A stretch of 63,100 bases of DNA, the filler included, from Octopus bimaculoides (Eukaryota), in the NCBI RefSeq assembly GCF_001194135.2. It is 5 parts of 4 records of this genome, joined end to end, with 100 filler letters (N's around TTAATTAATTAA, not from the genome) between each part and the next. Parts side by side here need not be neighbours in the genome. Positions count along the whole stretch, not along the records: positions 58,574 to 63,100 come from NC_068986.1; 4 more parts are not named here. One strand, written 5' to 3'. The number at the start of each line of letters is the position of its first letter. Within the stretch, counting starts at the first letter, position 1. Below, in pieces: positions 59,010-63,100 of this stretch. The position numbers and the translations under genes are program-made. Under the pieces are notes generated by a model. It made no database searches. It worked only from the letters and a program-made list of their open reading frames with translations, and had not been told where the DNA came from.

Positions 59010-62000
59010 CCATCTTCATCATCATCATCGTAATTTAACATCTGTTGTCTATGCTGGCATGGGTTGGACGGTTTGACTGGGCTGGCACACTAGAAGGCTG
59101 CATCAGACTCCAGTCTGATTTAGCATGGTTTTCTACAGCTGGATGCCCTTCCTAAAGCCAACCACCCTGAGAGTGTAATGGGTGCTTTTACATGCCACCA
59201 GCATGGGTGCACTTGGTTTGACAGGTCCTCTCAAGGACAGCACATTGCTAAAGGTCTCGGTCACTAGTCATTGTTTCTGTGAGGCTCAAAGTTCGAAGAT
59301 CATGCTTCTCCACTTTGTTCCATGTCTACTTCTACAACAGGTTTCCTCCACAGTTAGAGATTGACACTTCTTTACACAGCTGTCCTCATCCATACGCATC
59401 ACATGACCATACTAGCACAGTCGTCTCTCTTGCACACTATATTTGGTGCCTCTTATGTCTAACTTTTCTCTCAAGATGCTTACACTTAGTCAAACATGCA
59501 CACTGACATTGCACATCCAGTGAAGCATACTGGCTTCATTTCTTTCAAGCCTATGCATCTCTTCAGCTGTCATAGCCCATGTTTCACTGCCATGCAGCAT
59601 AGCTGTTCACACACAGGCATCAAACAATCTGCTTTCACTCTGAGAGAGAGGCCTTTTGTGGCCAATAGGGGTAGGAGCTCTCTGAACTTTGCCCATCCTA
59701 ATCTTATTCTCACATCTATGCTCTCAGAGCATCCACCTCCACTACTAACTTGGTCACCTAGATAATGGAAGCTATCTACTACCTCTAGCTTGCACGCTTA
59801 GCAGTTAATGGAGTCTATATTCTGCACATTTTCAGTATTTATTGTACCTGTGCATCTTCTACATACAAAAGCTAGTTTCCCTGGTTAATCATCCTCTGAT
59901 ATTGCTGCACCTTTTATGTGTCCAAACCTTACTCTGGGTGCATCATATGGAGTTTCTACTAACACCTTTTCTACAGATTGAGCAGGGCCATCTACCTGAA
60001 GAGATTTGTGATTTGTCTGCCTTCCTACTTACTAAGACTTTGGTTTTTGTTAGTTTGATTATAAGGCCCTTTGATTCTAATCCTTGCTTCCAAACCTAGA
60101 ACTTCTTCTTTAGTTCAGGTAGTGATTCAGCTAGAGGAGCAAGGTCATCAGCATAGAGGAGCTCCCAGGGGCAACTTGTCTTGAATTCCTCTGTTATTGC
60201 CTGGAGGATTAGGATGAACAAGAGGTGGCTCAGCACCGATCCTTGGTGAACCCCTACTTGTACCCTGAATTCTTCACTGTACTTATTGCCAACCCTCACC
60301 TTACTGGTAGCATCCCTGTACATAGCTTGTGCAGCTCTTACCAACCATTTGTCTATCCCTAATTTCTGCATTGAACACCAGATAAGGGATTGGGAGACCC
60401 TGTCAAAGACTTTCTCTAATTCAAAAAAAGGCCGAGGACAGAAGTTTATCTGTGGCTATGTATTTCTCCTACAGCTACCTCACCAGAAATATAGCATCAG
60501 TAGTGCTTCTACCTGGCACAAATCCAAACTCCATTTCATCTAAACTAACTCTCTCCCTAATTAGTTGGGGTACAACTCTCTCTCTAACTTTATCACCTGA
60601 TCCAGCAATTTGATACCTCTGTAATTATTATTATCAAAGACATCACCTCTATCTTTGTAGCAGTCATTGGGTATGACTACTTCGTGAACCACCTGATTTA
60701 CAATATAGGTGACTAGACCATAACCCACACTGCCAGATATTTTAAGCACCTCAATGGTGATTCCTGATAGGTTAGTGGCCTTTCCTATCTTCATACCCTT
60801 AATTTTATTATCTACCATGGAGCTGTCAATTTGGATAGCCAGTCCCTCAATTGGGTCAACATTTGACAGACTCTCCTTCTCCCACTCATTCTCTACATTC
60901 AGCAGTATTTCATAATGGCATTTCCAAGCCTCTTTCTTTGCAAAGTCATTAAATGCAAGTATATCATCATCCTTACAGACACATTTCTCTCATATGACAA
61001 CACAGTTTTCTCTCACACACTGTTTTGCAATCTGAAACACTTCAGTTCTTTGGCCCTCACATTGCTGAACATAGGCAAACTTCTTTTCTGCTTCTGCCTT
61101 GGCTAGATATACTTGTATCCTAGCATCCCTTCTGGCAATCTGATATAGTTCCCTGCTACCCCCATTTTTCTAGGCCTTCTAGACCTGTTTCTTAGCTCTA
61201 ATGGCCCTATCTACTGCATTGTTCCACCACCACATTACCCTAGGTCTGGATGGGGTTTTGTACCAGCCACAGATTTGGTCTGTGGCACTCAGGAATTTCC
61301 AGTTGGCCTCTATGTCACAAGTTTGTACCTCCTCCTCCCTTTCACCAAATTTCTCAATTATGATGTCCCTAAATCTCTGACCATACAAAGGGTTCTTAAG
61401 CTTCCATATCCTTCTTTACCAGATGGGCTGCTTCTTGACATCGTTCTGGTCTGGAGTCTAAAGTCACTAATGACTAGTCTATGCTGGGGTTGGGGTGGGG
61501 TACATTCTTCACAAGTTTTTGTATTTTGGAACAACCATGCATCCTGCTGTCTGGTGACAGTGTAATTGATCTGGCTACCTGATTGGTAGGTTATCAGGTG
61601 GCTGGCTGGCTTCCTGAAGTTGGTGATGCATATTAACACGTTATTTGCATCACAGAAGTCCAGTGGCCTTGTTCCCTCTTTGTTTCAGGAGCCAAATACA
61701 TGGCCTCCATGCACACCATGGAAGATACCAGGCTGCTGTCCGACATGCTTATTGAAATCCCCAGCCACAATGAGGAGATCATTGTCACTTGTCTTTGAGG
61801 TAGCCTTCATGAGAATATCATAAAAGTGGTCCTTCTGTTCATTTGGTAGGTCTGCTTGAGGGGCATAAGCAGAAATAATTGTCACTATACTGTTCTGTAA
61901 GACTAGCCTAAGCTTAAGCATTCTATCACCCAGTTTAGCTACCTCTGTGACCTTATCCACCCATTTCTCTGCAGGAAGTATGCCCACACCACCTACCCCA

Positions 62001-62210
62001 TCACTGTTACCTTCCCAGAAGACTTTATACCTATGTGTCTTGCCTGTGGGGAACCTGGCTGAAGCTCCTCTCCACCTTACCTCTTGGATGCAACATACAT
62101 CAACACGCCTCTGTTAAAACATCTCAACAATCTCACTAGACCTACAGTTCAATGGGCCTACATCGATAGTGCTAACTCTGAAAGGGACATGGGAAGGAGT
62201 AATGTTATTC
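58946..62210 (-). pseudogene. Long degraded RTE-type LINE (APE endonuclease, RT, PHD-like finger, 3' UTR, (GAT)n tail)
   Basis: VDVCCIQEVRW, IISAYAPQ, LIVAGDFNKHVG, NYRGIKLL, VGVHQGSVLSHLLF, ELLYADDLA, YLGDQVSSGGG; many stops and frameshifts. 62210-62700 may be its 5' region (uncertain). Confidence 0.93.
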
Positions 62211-62951
62211 AGCACCTGAAAAAAAGGTTTCCATGATTGTTTGATTACAGACATGTCACATCAGTTGTTCTCTTGCTTTAACCTACCATCATTCAAACAT
62301 GTTAAAAATTGTTGCCCCTATTGGAGGTGGGTGAGTGCAATGTAAGCATTGTAAATATAAATGTTATGAGCATTAAGTTAAGTAGATGAACTACTATTGG
62401 TTAATCCATTATGTAAAGATGGAATGAGGTAGGTGGATTGGAGGACGGAGGTATGCAAGTCTTCTGGTACAGAAGTAAGGCAAAATCCTGTTGGTGTTTC
62501 TGGTATAAGAGAGGAAATTTTTGGTATTGGTGGTGGGGGTGGGAATGAGTAGGCGCATTGTGAACAAGCAATGGCCAGCATCGCCACACACAAGAGATAG
62601 AGAGAAAGATAGCAGTAAGGGACTTGAGGCCTTTAGTGAGGTGAAGATCAGAGCAAAGTATGGAAACATGAGGGGCATGTAATATGATTTGAAAAGTTCT
62701 TGAAAAATTTAAAGAATTATAAGCCACAAAATTTATTTTAACACAAAATACACATTAGCATCACATGTAAGCATGTTAGTATTACAAGTTAGATAAGAGA
62801 ATGGCGAGTGATTAAAAGCTAGAGAAATTTCTTAAAGTTAGCTGAGCATTTTGTATGGTATATTACAATGAACATATATTTATACATATATATATATGTA
62901 TCATATATATGTATGTATGTATATATATATGAATATATATATATAATATTT

Positions 62952-63021
62952 ATATATAGTTTTAGGGAAAATAACCAAGTTTCAAGAACTCATCGATGAA
63001 AATCCACTATCACATATAGAA
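62952..63021 (-). repeat. Inverted twin of 58381-58450
   Basis: Direct comparison gives 68/70 identity. Confidence 0.9.
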
Positions 63022-63100
63022 TAATTAATAATTAATTTTGGATTTTGTCCCTAATATTATTATAATATTTATATATATAACATTTAAATATATATATATA

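Noticed and set aside
59182-61823. Plus-strand ORFs over the RTE, and over the PLEs at 55.8-58.1 kb other than 56451-56696
   Set aside because: Antisense shadows of retroelement coding sequence.

Overview
AT-rich eukaryotic DNA, dense in repeats and microsatellites, most likely from an Octopus genome. That assignment is an inference from the tRNA-derived SINE families and the RTE/Penelope/mariner content; no database search was possible. The window is five sequence blocks joined by identical 100-bp artificial spacers (44 N + TTAATTAATTAA + 44 N), so adjacency across 6358, 16771, 46733 and 58474 is unproven. No intact, recognisable host gene was found, and most ORFs in the track are microsatellite, N-run or antisense artefacts. 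Well-supported content: (1) three tRNA-headed SINE groups (here A, B, C), about 45 copies or fragments, with exchangeable middle and tail modules; (2) a long decayed RTE-type LINE with endonuclease, RT and a PHD-like finger, plus several RTE 3' ends; (3) two different Penelope-like elements (RT/GIY-YIG) and PLE-derived foldbacks; (4) a 5'-truncated L1/Tx1-type LINE inside a (GATA)n tract; (5) mariner remnants; (6) a non-autonomous DNA transposon with TIRs and an 8-bp TSD; (7) several long hairpins and minimal hammerhead-like motifs. Weak candidate exons of an unknown minus-strand gene lie at 5-12 kb. The most interesting signals concern mobile-element biology (Tx1 targeting GATA repeats, a SINE tail resembling the Tx1 3' end, SINE module shuffling and self-targeted arrays, PLE hammerheads and inverted pairs) rather than a new host pathway.
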